Below are positions 1 through 9,956 of a stretch of DNA of 64,000 nt, in pieces; within the stretch, counting starts at the first letter, position 1; each line of letters starts with the position of its first letter. The DNA lies in NCBI GenBank assembly GCA_023957155.1, contig JAMLHK010000009.1, positions 127,055 to 191,054 on the forward strand, in the 5' to 3' direction. Below the pieces are notes generated by a model. That model ran no database searches and had not been told where the DNA came from. It saw nothing but the letters and a program-made list of their open reading frames with translations. The position numbers and the translations under genes are program-made. Source of the stretch: Chitinophagaceae bacterium. Its GTDB lineage: Bacteria; Bacteroidota; Bacteroidia; Chitinophagales; Chitinophagaceae.

Positions 1-1
1 C

Positions 2-154
2 TGCCAGGCCAACTGCGAGTATTTCATGAATTATGATGACGACACCATGTATATTAAAACGGTAAGACCCGTTAACCCGGGAGAAGAGCTGACGATCAAC
101 TACAATGGCGACTGGAACAACCCGGAAAAAGTATGGTTTGATGTAAAAAATTAA
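2..154 (+). CDS. SET-domain protein (lysine methyltransferase family), 3' end only
   Basis: Manual frame-2 translation CQANCEYFMNYDDDTMYIKTVRPVNPGEELTINYNGDWNNPEKVWFDVKN* contains the SET C-terminal GEELTxxY motif. Truncated by the window edge. Confidence 0.8.
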   Translation, partial: CQANCEYFMNYDDDTMYIKTVRPVNPGEELTINYNGDWNNPEKVWFDVKN

Positions 155-174
155 CTCCTCCGGAAAATATTTTC

Positions 175-1056
175 TCAGCTGTATTGAAGAAGTGTATCCG
201 TTACCTTTTGCCTGTATTTTCCACCAAACAACAGCAAATGTACCAACAGCGGGTACAACTGGTATAAGGCTACACGCTCCTCCCAGGCAGGTTGCAACGG
301 GAAATGATAGGTATAGGCTTTATAAAACAGCTCATCAAAGCCACCAAAAAGCAGTGTCATGGCAATATCCATTTCCCGGTGTCCATAATATATGGCAGGA
401 TCAAATATGGCAGCATGTCCGTTTGCGGCAACCATAAAGTTACCGCTCCACAGGTCACCATGCAATAAGGCGGGCGGCTCTTCGGGAAGCAGGATATGCA
501 GCCTGCCGCAGATCTGTTCTGCAAGCTTTACCTGCGCAGCATCAAGCATCCCCCTTTCATTTGCCTTACGAACCAGGGGAAGTATTCTTTCCTCCGCGTA
601 AAAATCCGTCCACCGGCTATGGGGTGTATTGGACTGAACGAGCTTTCCGATATAGTTACCGGTATGAAGTCCGAACTGTGATGAAGTATTTTTATGAAGC
701 CGGGAAAGGCTCATGCCAAAATCTTCCCAAAAATCGGGAGCGGGCTGCCCGGGCTCCACATATTCAATCACCAGGAATATTTGTTGGTGATACTTTCCGT
801 CAAAGAGCGGACGGGGCACTTTTATAGCCCCGGTATCGGCAAGATGTATCAATCCTCTCGCCTCTTTTTCAAACATATCCAGCCCAAACATCGCCGCATT
901 GACTTTTATGAAAAAATTACCTTTATCGGTTTCCAGTAAATAGCTTTTGTTGATATCCCCGCCATAAACATCTTTAAACCGGTGAATCGTTACAGGTAAA
1001 GAAAAAAAATCAGAAAACTTGTGCTGTAAATGTTCGATCAGGGAAGCGTGTAACAT
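175..1056 (-). CDS. Fructosamine kinase family protein
   Basis: GGDIN glycine loop, LLHGDLWSGN and FDPAIYYGHREMD motifs. Confidence 0.92.
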   Translation of the reverse strand: MLHASLIEHLQHKFSDFFSLPVTIHRFKDVYGGDINKSYLLETDKGNFFIKVNAAMFGLDMFEKEARGLIHLADTGAIKVPRPLFDGKYHQQIFLVIEYVEPGQPAPDFWEDFGMSLSRLHKNTSSQFGLHTGNYIGKLVQSNTPHSRWTDFYAEERILPLVRKANERGMLDAAQVKLAEQICGRLHILLPEEPPALLHGDLWSGNFMVAANGHAAIFDPAIYYGHREMDIAMTLLFGGFDELFYKAYTYHFPLQPAWEERVALYQLYPLLVHLLLFGGKYRQKVTDTLLQYS

Positions 1057-1154
1057 AATCTCCGGGAATTATTTTATACGAAGTTAACATGGAATCTGAC
1101 AGGCAGACTGATAAAATGATATGCAATAATAAAAACATAGCGAATAGCCTGCCT

Positions 1155-2450
1155 TTATCCTTTCCAATCCACTTCTCCTACTACAAATACACTGCCACAA
1201 ACCAATACCAGGTCATCTTTCCCCGCACCATCAAGAGCATGCCGTAACGCTATATTTACTGAAGGGAAATGACTGCCCCTTAACCCGTTTGCTGCCGCCA
1301 TAGCAGCCAGCTCCTCTTCGGGCAAGGCCCGGGGTATCGGAGCTTTTGTAAAATAATAGGCCGCCTCCTTAGGTAAAAGCTGCATCACTTTTGTAATCTC
1401 TTTATCTTTTACCATTCCCATTACAATATGAAGCGCATGATAGCTCATGCCTTTCAGGTGTTCAACGATTTGCCGGATACCATCTTCATTGTGCCCCACA
1501 TCCAGTACAACCATAGGTTGCCGGTGAATAATTTCCCAGCGTCCATGCAGCCCGGTAAGCGACTGCACATGTTGTAACCCTTCCCTGACCGCTTCATCCG
1601 GGATGTTCCAGCCTCCTTCTTTTAACTGGTCTATCGCAGCAAGGGATGTAATAAGATTTTTTACCTGGTATATTCCGGGAAGGTCAAGCAGGTAACTATG
1701 CGTAGTCTTGTCTGAAGTATAGCCTATTTCAACCGACAGGTTGTGATTAATATGGCGGTGGCTTTCAGCATGTCTTTCCCTGTCTGCCCAGGTCAGCGGC
1801 GAATTTCTTTCCTGAGCTGCGGCTTCAAAAACCTTTTCGGTTCCGGGTACCGATTCTCCTATAACGGCAGGAACTCCGGGTTTGATTATCCCCGCCTTTT
1901 CGTAAGCAATTTCTTCCAGGGTATTGCCCAAAACATTCATGTGGTCGCGGCCGATATTGGTGATCACCGATAATACCGGTGTGATGATATTTGTACTGTC
2001 TAAGCGTCCGCCCAAACCCGTTTCAATCACAGCCACATCAACCTGCCGCTCCGAAAAATATTCAAACGCCATAGCTACGGTGATCTCAAAAAAAGAAGGC
2101 CTGATAATATCTATGAGCGGGATGATCTTTTTAGTAAAGGAAACCACAAAATCTTCTTCAATCAAAATACCATCTACCCTAAACCGCTCCCTGAAATCTT
2201 TAAGATGAGGCGAGGTATAGAGCCCGGTTTTATACCCCGAGGTTTGTAATACAGCCGCCAGCATGTGACTTACCGATCCTTTACCATTCGTGCCTGCAAC
2301 ATGAATACTTTTAAACTTATTTTGCGGATTGCCTAACTGATCACAAAGCAGGTAGGTGTTGGTTAGGTCTTTTTTCAGCGCTGCCGTACCTATCCGGCTA
2401 AATGCCGGTAACACACCATAAAGAAAGTCAAGGGTTTCTTTGTAATTCAT
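1155..2450 (-). CDS. folC: Bifunctional folylpolyglutamate synthase/dihydrofolate synthase
   Basis: HVAGTNGKGS, ETGLGGRLDSTN and DVGHN motifs. Start moved to MNYKETL (2450). Confidence 0.95.
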   Translation of the reverse strand: MNYKETLDFLYGVLPAFSRIGTAALKKDLTNTYLLCDQLGNPQNKFKSIHVAGTNGKGSVSHMLAAVLQTSGYKTGLYTSPHLKDFRERFRVDGILIEEDFVVSFTKKIIPLIDIIRPSFFEITVAMAFEYFSERQVDVAVIETGLGGRLDSTNIITPVLSVITNIGRDHMNVLGNTLEEIAYEKAGIIKPGVPAVIGESVPGTEKVFEAAAQERNSPLTWADRERHAESHRHINHNLSVEIGYTSDKTTHSYLLDLPGIYQVKNLITSLAAIDQLKEGGWNIPDEAVREGLQHVQSLTGLHGRWEIIHRQPMVVLDVGHNEDGIRQIVEHLKGMSYHALHIVMGMVKDKEITKVMQLLPKEAAYYFTKAPIPRALPEEELAAMAAANGLRGSHFPSVNIALRHALDGAGKDDLVLVCGSVFVVGEVDWKG

Positions 2451-2523
2451 GAATATGCTCTGCCTGTAATAAAATGCAAAAGTAAGCGGAATAATAAATG
2501 AGAAGGACACCTGTAAAATAAAG

Positions 2524-2566
2524 AAAGGCATATAGCGCAGATGTATCATCCTTCGTATATGCCTTT
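2524..2566. terminator. Inverted repeat, probable terminator between the tonB-like gene and folC
   Basis: AAAGGCATATA (2524-2534) / TATATGCCTTT (2556-2566), a perfect 11 bp stem. Confidence 0.5.
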
Positions 2567-2598
2567 AGAACATATTGGGCTTTAAAAACAGGGTATCG

Positions 2599-3480
2599 TT
2601 AATTCGTTACTTTAAAGTTGAAGATAATGGTTCCCCTTTGCTCTTCTCCGGGTGCAAATTTCAATTGCCGGGCTTTGCGTAACGCAATATCTTTCATGGC
2701 TGCATTTGAAGTTGTTGATCCCCTAGGCTGATAGGTAGCGCCCGTAACGGCTCCCGAGGCATCAACAGAAAGGTCAACCGCTACTTTGGCATTTTCATTA
2801 AAATCATCCTGAAATGAAGGCTGGCGGACAATTTGCCGGCCTTTCAAATTTCCCTGGATGGTATAGCCGCTACCATTGCCTCCGACACCATCATAATTTT
2901 TTGAGTTGGGATCTCCATTGATCTTCCCCCGGTCGCCCGAGCCGGATGTATTTCCCTCGCTGCGACTGTCATTCCAGGAATCCGCATTGTTTCCGCCGGG
3001 TCCGCTGCCATCCCCTCCTTTATATGTTGCTTTGGGTTTGGGAGGAGCAGGCTTGGGATTTTCAACAACCTGAGGCTTATTATTGCTTTGCTTCGTTATA
3101 GTAGTATTTTCTTTAGTGGGCACATGGGTACTCTTAGGATTTGATACTTTAGGCTTGGGTACCGTTACATCGGGAGCTTCTTCATCATTATCATCTGTTT
3201 CAACGGCCCTCACATCCTGTACCGGCGTGTTAGCTGCCCTGGGAGGGCTGTTCACTTCTTTTTCAGCCAACGCCGGCGCTCCCGGGATCAGGGGTTGAAC
3301 ATCTCCTGATCCGTCATCGCTGTTACCCAGATTTACTTCCAGTCCATCCTCAACCGGAGGAGGAACAACAACCGGTATAGACCACGACACGAGGAAAAAG
3401 AATAATAACAAGGCCCCGGATATCACACCGGTGATGGTTCCAGCCTTTACGTTTTTTGCTTTTTCGAAATCGGACGACAT
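2599..3480 (-). CDS. TonB/TolA-like energy transducer
   Basis: Single N-terminal TM helix, EVNLG motif, Pro/Lys/Gly-rich linker, TonB C-terminal-like domain ending GTIIFNF. Adjacent to folC, as is common in Bacteroidota. Start set at MSSDFEK. Confidence 0.8.
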   Translation of the reverse strand: MSSDFEKAKNVKAGTITGVISGALLLFFFLVSWSIPVVVPPPVEDGLEVNLGNSDDGSGDVQPLIPGAPALAEKEVNSPPRAANTPVQDVRAVETDDNDEEAPDVTVPKPKVSNPKSTHVPTKENTTITKQSNNKPQVVENPKPAPPKPKATYKGGDGSGPGGNNADSWNDSRSEGNTSGSGDRGKINGDPNSKNYDGVGGNGSGYTIQGNLKGRQIVRQPSFQDDFNENAKVAVDLSVDASGAVTGATYQPRGSTTSNAAMKDIALRKARQLKFAPGEEQRGTIIFNFKVTN

Positions 3481-3507
3481 TTTGTACAATAGATTAGTTA
3501 TACTATA

Positions 3508-3515
3508 CAAATTTA
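3508..3515 (-). promoter_or_regulatory. Bacteroidota -7 promoter box (TAAATTTG)
   Basis: Exact TAnnTTTG match on the minus strand just upstream of the tonB-like start. Confidence 0.55.
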
Positions 3516-3603
3516 ACGATCTTATTGTTATAATCCTGTGAATTTGAACAAAGGATTATATTCCGGAGTTACCGCATATCCATTGGTTTTCCAAAATAAG
3601 TCC

Positions 3604-4911
3604 TTACTCAAACCGCAATTGGGCACGGGGATGAACATAGTCCGGCAAAAGAACAATATAACTTAACAATAAAATGCAGATTATTATGACGACCCACCAT
3701 TTCAGCAGGTTAACCGGCCAGGATCGAGGTAACTCACCGGCTGCTTCCGGGGTAACAACAGCGGTATTGTTCCGGAATAAGAGCCCTATGACGACAAGAT
3801 TCACCCAGTATAAATGCTGTGAGCTAAATTCGGGCGTTAACCATGTAGCGCTGATCACATTACTGACCACGATATACCAGGTGAGATACAGCAGCATAAG
3901 ATATTTTGCCCCTTTTTGTGTAAATCCCGTTTTAACTGACATCCTGTAACCATAAGAAAGCGCCACCATCAGGATTACCGATATCACCCATATTATCGTA
4001 TGCCAGCTCATTGAAAAGGCAGCCGGGTCTGTTGCCTGGATACCCTTACCCGTTGTTGTCAGTTTTTCTATACCAACCGCTTCAATAAGATTGATTACCG
4101 GTAATAGCAGGATTAAAAATATCCATGCTACCGTATTGGACATTTTATCAGGAGCAATGGTTTTCGGCCATTTATTATGGGAGAAGATGCCATAGGCCAT
4201 CCCCAACCCACCAAAAAAACCGATAGAATACTCCATAACATTCCACCAGTTGAATTTTATCCCGGTGGCAATACCTGCCGCAGTCCCCATGCGCTGAAGA
4301 AAATTACCGAAGCCGAAACCGAAGCCGGCGCCTAAAGCACTGAAAAAAGCAGTACGCAGCGCATACGTATACCCATTACGATACATATACCAGCCGAGGG
4401 CAAGCGCAGCCCCCATACACCCCGCCCATAACTCAGACCTGGGCGGGGTCATAAGCCATCCTAACTGGAAAATAAAAAACCCCCAGAATAAATAGCCACC
4501 GACAAACATTTGAGTAAACACGGCAGCCCAGTCAACTTTTTTATTGGGCGTGGAAGATAAAGCAAGAGCAGTGATCCCTCCTCCCATAAAACCATACAGA
4601 CCACCAATGATCACAAGCATCAATAACCCGTAGCTTACATTAAGGTAATCGGGAGCGAATCCATAGCCTACAATTTTTCCATAGCTTATCATACCGCCTG
4701 CGCCCCAGGCAATGGCGCCCAGCACCACAATAACCGGCAGCCTGTCATACCAGTCCTGGCGCCCGGAAATGGCCACTACGGTTAATATACCTATAGCTGC
4801 CGCCCAGGTAGCTCCATATTCATGTCCTATCTGTCCACGAACGGCCCATGCGGTACCCAGCGCAAGCGCTACAGGCAGCATACGGCTTAGAAACCGGTTT
4901 GACGCTTTCAT
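3604..4911 (-). CDS. Multi-pass membrane protein of unknown function
   Basis: More than ten hydrophobic segments, with motifs AWAVRGQIGHEYGA, GGMISYG, PPRSELWAG and NWWNVMEYSIG. Start set at MKASNR. Confidence 0.8.
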   Translation of the reverse strand: MKASNRFLSRMLPVALALGTAWAVRGQIGHEYGATWAAAIGILTVVAISGRQDWYDRLPVIVVLGAIAWGAGGMISYGKIVGYGFAPDYLNVSYGLLMLVIIGGLYGFMGGGITALALSSTPNKKVDWAAVFTQMFVGGYLFWGFFIFQLGWLMTPPRSELWAGCMGAALALGWYMYRNGYTYALRTAFFSALGAGFGFGFGNFLQRMGTAAGIATGIKFNWWNVMEYSIGFFGGLGMAYGIFSHNKWPKTIAPDKMSNTVAWIFLILLLPVINLIEAVGIEKLTTTGKGIQATDPAAFSMSWHTIIWVISVILMVALSYGYRMSVKTGFTQKGAKYLMLLYLTWYIVVSNVISATWLTPEFSSQHLYWVNLVVIGLLFRNNTAVVTPEAAGELPRSWPVNLLKWWVVIIICILLLSYIVLLPDYVHPRAQLRFE

Positions 4912-4994
4912 GATCTGAAATTGAAGAATGAACAATACCTGTTCAGAATAAGCAACACATCACACCTCTTACCTTATCAATCACAGAGCCAACA

Positions 4995-6095
4995 TTACCT
5001 GTCTTTAGCAGCTTTTATCAATTCGTCTTTTGTTCCTATCCAGAAGGCAATATTTTTCCGGTTCCAGGTGTAACATACGGCAATGGTATCGCCATAGCTG
5101 ATTACTGCCGGGTAAGAGTATTCATCTTTTTTATCCCCACTATCTATATCCAGGATCTTCGGCCAGGTAACCCCGTTATCAAATGATATCGCTAATGAAA
5201 GCGGAGAACGGGAACCCCAGTTTGTGGTATCCGGGTTATAAGCCAATACCAATGTCCCATCGGAGAGTTTTGTAAGATCAATCCCGCTGTTGGGATTGGG
5301 CAAACCGCTTTTATAACCATCCGACCATGTTTTTCCGCCGTCTTCCGAATCGCTGCGGTAGATAGCACCTTCCGAACTGCGGAGTAACATGTGTACTTTA
5401 CCCGGTGCAGATTCCCACAAGGTGGGCTGAATAACCCCCTTGCCCTTAAATTCCTTACGGTTCAATGCTATATACGGAGCTGCCGTCCAGGTTTTTCCCT
5501 CATCGGTACTGATATCAGCAAAAGCATCCCATTGTCCTTCCTCATGTGAAGCACCTGCAATCCAGAGCCCTCCGGAAGTGATGATCGGTTTGTTTCGTAC
5601 CGGGCCTCTCCCCCCTTTGTCGCCTTTCACCAGCTCTGTGGCTGCAGACCAGGTTTTTCCATTATCATCAGAGGTTATAACCCAGGTTTCCCAGGAAGGT
5701 ATCTTTTTACCTACCTTAAAATACAGGAATATTTTTCCCCCCGGCGCCTGGAATAAAACCGGGTTCCAGTGGGCGTCTTCCCTTATCTTAGCCACTTCAA
5801 CGGGTGCTGACCAGTTACCCGGAGTTCCCTTTACCAGCCATATTCCCACATCATCTGTTCCTTCTTTTTGCCCGCCAAACCAGGCCGCCATCAGTTCACC
5901 ACTTTGTAAATGGAGGATAGTAGAAGCGTGACATTCCGCAAAAGGAGCAGGCGTGGTAAAAAAGTACCCTTTTACAACAGATGTATCATCCTTGTGCATA
6001 TCAGCTTCTTTAGCAGAGCTATCCGTTTTCTGCTGCGGACCGGAACAGGCATACAACATACCTAAACATAAAACAGCAATGAGTTTAACTGGCAT
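4995..6095 (-). CDS. BNR/Asp-box sialidase-like lipoprotein (GH33-like)
   Basis: Lipobox LYAC, Asp boxes SDDNGKTW, STDEGKTW, SEDGGKTW and SFDNGVTW, and EYSYP. Confidence 0.88.
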   Translation of the reverse strand: MPVKLIAVLCLGMLYACSGPQQKTDSSAKEADMHKDDTSVVKGYFFTTPAPFAECHASTILHLQSGELMAAWFGGQKEGTDDVGIWLVKGTPGNWSAPVEVAKIREDAHWNPVLFQAPGGKIFLYFKVGKKIPSWETWVITSDDNGKTWSAATELVKGDKGGRGPVRNKPIITSGGLWIAGASHEEGQWDAFADISTDEGKTWTAAPYIALNRKEFKGKGVIQPTLWESAPGKVHMLLRSSEGAIYRSDSEDGGKTWSDGYKSGLPNPNSGIDLTKLSDGTLVLAYNPDTTNWGSRSPLSLAISFDNGVTWPKILDIDSGDKKDEYSYPAVISYGDTIAVCYTWNRKNIAFWIGTKDELIKAAKDR

Positions 6096-6205
6096 AACGA
6101 AATTTATGGTTTTGGATCTTTAATTGATTTACGATTCGCAATATGAAGCTACTCCGGGTTTTTTAGCGCACGTATGCGCCCGGAGCTTTTTTCTCTACAC
6201 ATTCC

Positions 6206-7144
6206 TCAGGCTACATCCTCATATACTACTTCTTTAATACCTAACCTGTCGTGCCAGGTTTTAAGTGTATCCATGATGGAATGTAACACTGCCTTTTCCT
6301 TTGGAGTAGGGTCGAACACATGCGACCTGCTGGCAACCTGGATAGGCAGCCCTCTTGAATGCAGAAAATATTTAGCGCTGGTAGGATATGCTACATGGAT
6401 CAGGGGATCCACTTTGGACAATTCCTGCTGTATCCAGGCTACATCCTCCTGCCGGTTCGGATCATCAACATGATTGCATAACCATACCAGTATCTCCGGA
6501 TAAAAATTTCCCGATATAGACGACATTCCCGCAGCACCTGCCTTCATAGATGAAACCGCGTTGGGCGTATGCGCATCAAAAAACTGCATAGGTGTATTTT
6601 TAATTACCTCCAGCTTTGCTTTTACCTCCGCTTCACTGCAGCTGGTATCTTTATGATAAAGCATACGATTCGTAGATACCAGCGTTTTTAGTACTTCCGG
6701 CGTAACGAGTCTTTTATAGGGTGCAGGACATTCATACAACCCGAGGGGAACATCACCCGTTAAGGATAACATTTTGTTGAAATTTTGCAGCAATACATCA
6801 TCTCCCTCATCTATAGCTGCATAATGACTTGTAATCAATACTACAGATTCCACACCGGTGTCATACAGCTTTTTAGTAAACTCCGCCTTATCTTCTATGG
6901 TTAATCCAAAAGAACCGGTAGCCACTATGGGTACACGCCCGTTAACATGCTTTACTACGGCACGGGTAAGCGCCAGCCGCTCATCATCGGTAATGCTATA
7001 CATCTCACTGGAAAGACAATTGGCGAATAATCCTTTTACACCTACGGCAAGATAAAAATCAATGAGCACTTTTAACCCGTCAAAATCCAGCTTTGCCTGC
7101 GGCGTAAACGGAGTGATCATTACAGGAACAAATTTTTTTGACAT
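6206..7144 (-). CDS. Dihydrodipicolinate synthase/N-acetylneuraminate lyase family aldolase
   Basis: PVMITPF start, LYECP, Schiff-base lysine in HKDTS. The usual GTTGE motif is replaced by CLSSE. Confidence 0.88.
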   Translation of the reverse strand: MSKKFVPVMITPFTPQAKLDFDGLKVLIDFYLAVGVKGLFANCLSSEMYSITDDERLALTRAVVKHVNGRVPIVATGSFGLTIEDKAEFTKKLYDTGVESVVLITSHYAAIDEGDDVLLQNFNKMLSLTGDVPLGLYECPAPYKRLVTPEVLKTLVSTNRMLYHKDTSCSEAEVKAKLEVIKNTPMQFFDAHTPNAVSSMKAGAAGMSSISGNFYPEILVWLCNHVDDPNRQEDVAWIQQELSKVDPLIHVAYPTSAKYFLHSRGLPIQVASRSHVFDPTPKEKAVLHSIMDTLKTWHDRLGIKEVVYEDVA

Positions 7145-7296
7145 AATTCTAACTCGTTTATTTTTTTCAAATAATTACTACATACTTTAACTGTGATACA
7201 ACGTATATTATAACTCGTTTTTCGAAACCGGCTTTCTCTTTTGCCTCCGCTATTGGTTACTATATAACACAGAGCCATTTATCCATTTGCCAATAC

Positions 7297-8820
7297 TCAA
7301 CGCCTTTTTATTTTCGTAACAAGGAGACCTACGAGGAATATAGTTAATGTACCCACTACCACGATCATATTAACATGGAACGGGCTTTTAAGATGCTGCA
7401 ACTGCTCAGGAAAATGCTTGGACAACGACATCCATAAAATAACGACAATACCCACCACTGTTCCCGTAACGGCTTCAGCATTCCGGGCTTTCTTCGCTAT
7501 CATGCCCAATAAAAACAAGCCCAACATTCCGCCCGAAAGAATCCCGGCAAGCTCCCACCACAAATCCAGAATACTTTTTACCCCGATCATGGCAATACCA
7601 AATACGATAGACAAAATACCCGTTAAGGCGGTTACCGTATACAAAACAAGCATTTCCTTTTTAGGACCGGGGTTGGGATTAAAATACCGCTGATAAATAT
7701 CTTTAAGGAATACGGTTGCTGAACTGTTCATTCCACTGCTTATGGTACTCATTGCCGCGCTCAGAATGGCTGCTATAATTAGTCCCACCAGCCCTTTGGG
7801 TACTTTCAGCACCATGAAATAAGGTAATATTTTATCCCCGTAATCAGCAGGCGTTAATGTATCAATAGGTACGTTTTTCTCTTCAGCTACCTGTTGCTTT
7901 ACTACATCCAGCAATTCGGGATGCTGGCTGAAATAGGCATACAAAGCAGTCCCTATAATAAAAAACAGCAGGGAAACCGGAACGTACCAGTATACACAAA
8001 GCCAGATACTTCTTGCCGCTTCTTTCTCACTCCGGGCAGTATGGTAACGCTGTACATAGTTTTGATCCATCCCGAAATTGTTCAGATTGATAAAGAAGCC
8101 ATATAAAAATATGACCCAGAATGTGGAAGAATTAAAATCAGTGAGTGAGAAGCTACCCAATCCGAACTTTTGATCCGCTACTCCTATCCTGTAGATCTCG
8201 CCTACGCCACCCTTCATCTCATATAATATAATACCCAGAACAATCAGGGCACCCGCAGTTTTAATGATCCCCTGCACTACTTCTGTCCAGATCACCGCTT
8301 CCATCCCTCCCATTACGGTATAGATGATGATACAAATGCCGGTAACAATCATGATCGTTTTCATGTCAACACCGGTTAATGCCTGCAGGGTGAGCGCTAT
8401 GCCAAAGAAGATAGAACCCATACGGGCCAACTGCGTCAGGATAAAACAAACCATAGCATAGGTTCGCGCCCAGGGACCAAATCTTTTTTCAAGATGCGTA
8501 TACGCACTTACTTCGCCGTGCGTACGATAAAAAGGTACAAAAAAACGGGTTGCAAAATAAGCGGCAAAAGGCATCGCCAGGCTGAATACCAGCGAATTCC
8601 AGTTGCTGCCAAAGGCTTTACCCGGAACACCCAGAAAAGTATTGCTGCTTAAGAAAGTGGCATACAATGATATTCCCAATGCCCAGCCCGGTATATTACC
8701 GGATGCGGTTGTAAACTGTTGTGCGTTTTTATTTTTTCTTGAAAAATAAACGCCAACCAAAATCATACTCAAAAGATAAACCAGGATAACGATCAGATCA
8801 ATCAGGGGTAAGTGCTGCAT
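7297..8820 (-). CDS. Sodium:solute symporter (SSS)
   Basis: YTVMGGMEAVIWTE, DQNYVQRY and SAAMSTISSGMNS motifs; many TM helices. Confidence 0.93.
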   Translation of the reverse strand: MQHLPLIDLIVILVYLLSMILVGVYFSRKNKNAQQFTTASGNIPGWALGISLYATFLSSNTFLGVPGKAFGSNWNSLVFSLAMPFAAYFATRFFVPFYRTHGEVSAYTHLEKRFGPWARTYAMVCFILTQLARMGSIFFGIALTLQALTGVDMKTIMIVTGICIIIYTVMGGMEAVIWTEVVQGIIKTAGALIVLGIILYEMKGGVGEIYRIGVADQKFGLGSFSLTDFNSSTFWVIFLYGFFINLNNFGMDQNYVQRYHTARSEKEAARSIWLCVYWYVPVSLLFFIIGTALYAYFSQHPELLDVVKQQVAEEKNVPIDTLTPADYGDKILPYFMVLKVPKGLVGLIIAAILSAAMSTISSGMNSSATVFLKDIYQRYFNPNPGPKKEMLVLYTVTALTGILSIVFGIAMIGVKSILDLWWELAGILSGGMLGLFLLGMIAKKARNAEAVTGTVVGIVVILWMSLSKHFPEQLQHLKSPFHVNMIVVVGTLTIFLVGLLVTKIKRR

Positions 8821-8976
8821 GTGACAGTTTAGGATGTTTTAATTTTGGGGATACGCTCAAAGGTTATTTAAATTTAAAAAACCATCAATGTTAATTGTTA
8901 TAAAAAGAATAGCATAAATTATTATTACCCTCTGAAATAATGCTACTTTTAAGTCTTTGAAAATTAACTCAACGAA

Positions 8977-9864
8977 GTGATCAGCATAAACAGTCAAGAA
9001 GCATACGGCACGGAAGCAAAGGAAGAAACACGCTGGGTTTTACCGGCAAGCTTAAGAGGTAAATTAGCGGATCATCCTATCGGTAAAAACCTGTACATTA
9101 CTGAAATTGCGTTTTACCCCGAACAAAGCAGGTTTGAAAAGGAAGTGATGAAAAATAACCCCGATCACGTATTAATTTATTGTGTAAGCGGGAACGGATG
9201 GTATAAGCTCAATAATAAAAAAGCAGTCCTGAAAGCCAATCATTTTGCCCTGCTGCCCCGGAAAACCTATTTTGAGCTGGGGGTAGAGTCGTCAGACGAA
9301 TGGAGCCTCTACTTTGTGAAATTTAACGGTGAGATCGGGGAAGCGATGTATACCTACCTGCTTCGTGACAAGCATAATAAAGACCTTGCCACGCCTCCAT
9401 TGGTAGGGCGTATAGCCCAGTTTCAGGATATCATGCATCACCTTGGGCTTATGGATAATATGGAAAACCTGCTATATGCAAATTTCAGGTTTTACAGCTT
9501 CCTCGGAACATTCAGGCTAACTGTTTTTAACTATAGAAAAAAGGGGGTAAACAATATCATTGAGCACTGTATATTTTTCATGAAGCAGCATCTTCATGAA
9601 AATCTTACGCTGGATGAACTGGCCAAAGAAGCCTGCGTATCGGCTTCCTATTTATCATCGCTGTTCCGACAAAAGACACATTATTCTCCCATTCAGCTTT
9701 TCATTTCACTGAAAATTCAACGGGCCAGCCAGATACTGAGATCAACAAAAACGCCCATCAAACAGATTGCAGAAGAATTAGGTTATGCCGACCAATATAG
9801 TTTCTCAAGGTCTTTTAAACAAATTATGGGTACCTCACCCAAAAAATTCAGAGAAAATAAATAA
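8977..9864 (+). CDS. AraC family transcriptional regulator
   Basis: N-terminal cupin-like domain and C-terminal IAEELGYADQYSFSRSFK. Divergent from the SSS operon. Confidence 0.92.
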   Translation: MISINSQEAYGTEAKEETRWVLPASLRGKLADHPIGKNLYITEIAFYPEQSRFEKEVMKNNPDHVLIYCVSGNGWYKLNNKKAVLKANHFALLPRKTYFELGVESSDEWSLYFVKFNGEIGEAMYTYLLRDKHNKDLATPPLVGRIAQFQDIMHHLGLMDNMENLLYANFRFYSFLGTFRLTVFNYRKKGVNNIIEHCIFFMKQHLHENLTLDELAKEACVSASYLSSLFRQKTHYSPIQLFISLKIQRASQILRSTKTPIKQIAEELGYADQYSFSRSFKQIMGTSPKKFRENK

Positions 9865-9956
9865 GCAGACTGATCAGGCGCCCGGTAATGCAGGGAAGCA
9901 ACTGCCGGCTCCAAATAACAAAGACCAGGACAAAGCCCGGATACTCAACTTTTTCC

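Noticed and set aside
2538-5993. Identical 16-mer CAGATGTATCATCCTT at 2538-2553 and 5978-5993
   Set aside because: One copy lies inside an intact CDS, and a single 16-mer match in 64 kb is plausible by chance. No mobile-element context.
6146-6192. Hairpin with a T tract on the + strand between the aldolase and sialidase-like genes
   Set aside because: The T tract is antisense to the operon and the loop is large. It may be an mRNA-stability element, but support is too weak to call.
6206-7144. Calling the aldolase dapA or nanA
   Set aside because: The substrate-binding motif is non-canonical and the usual pathway partners are absent.
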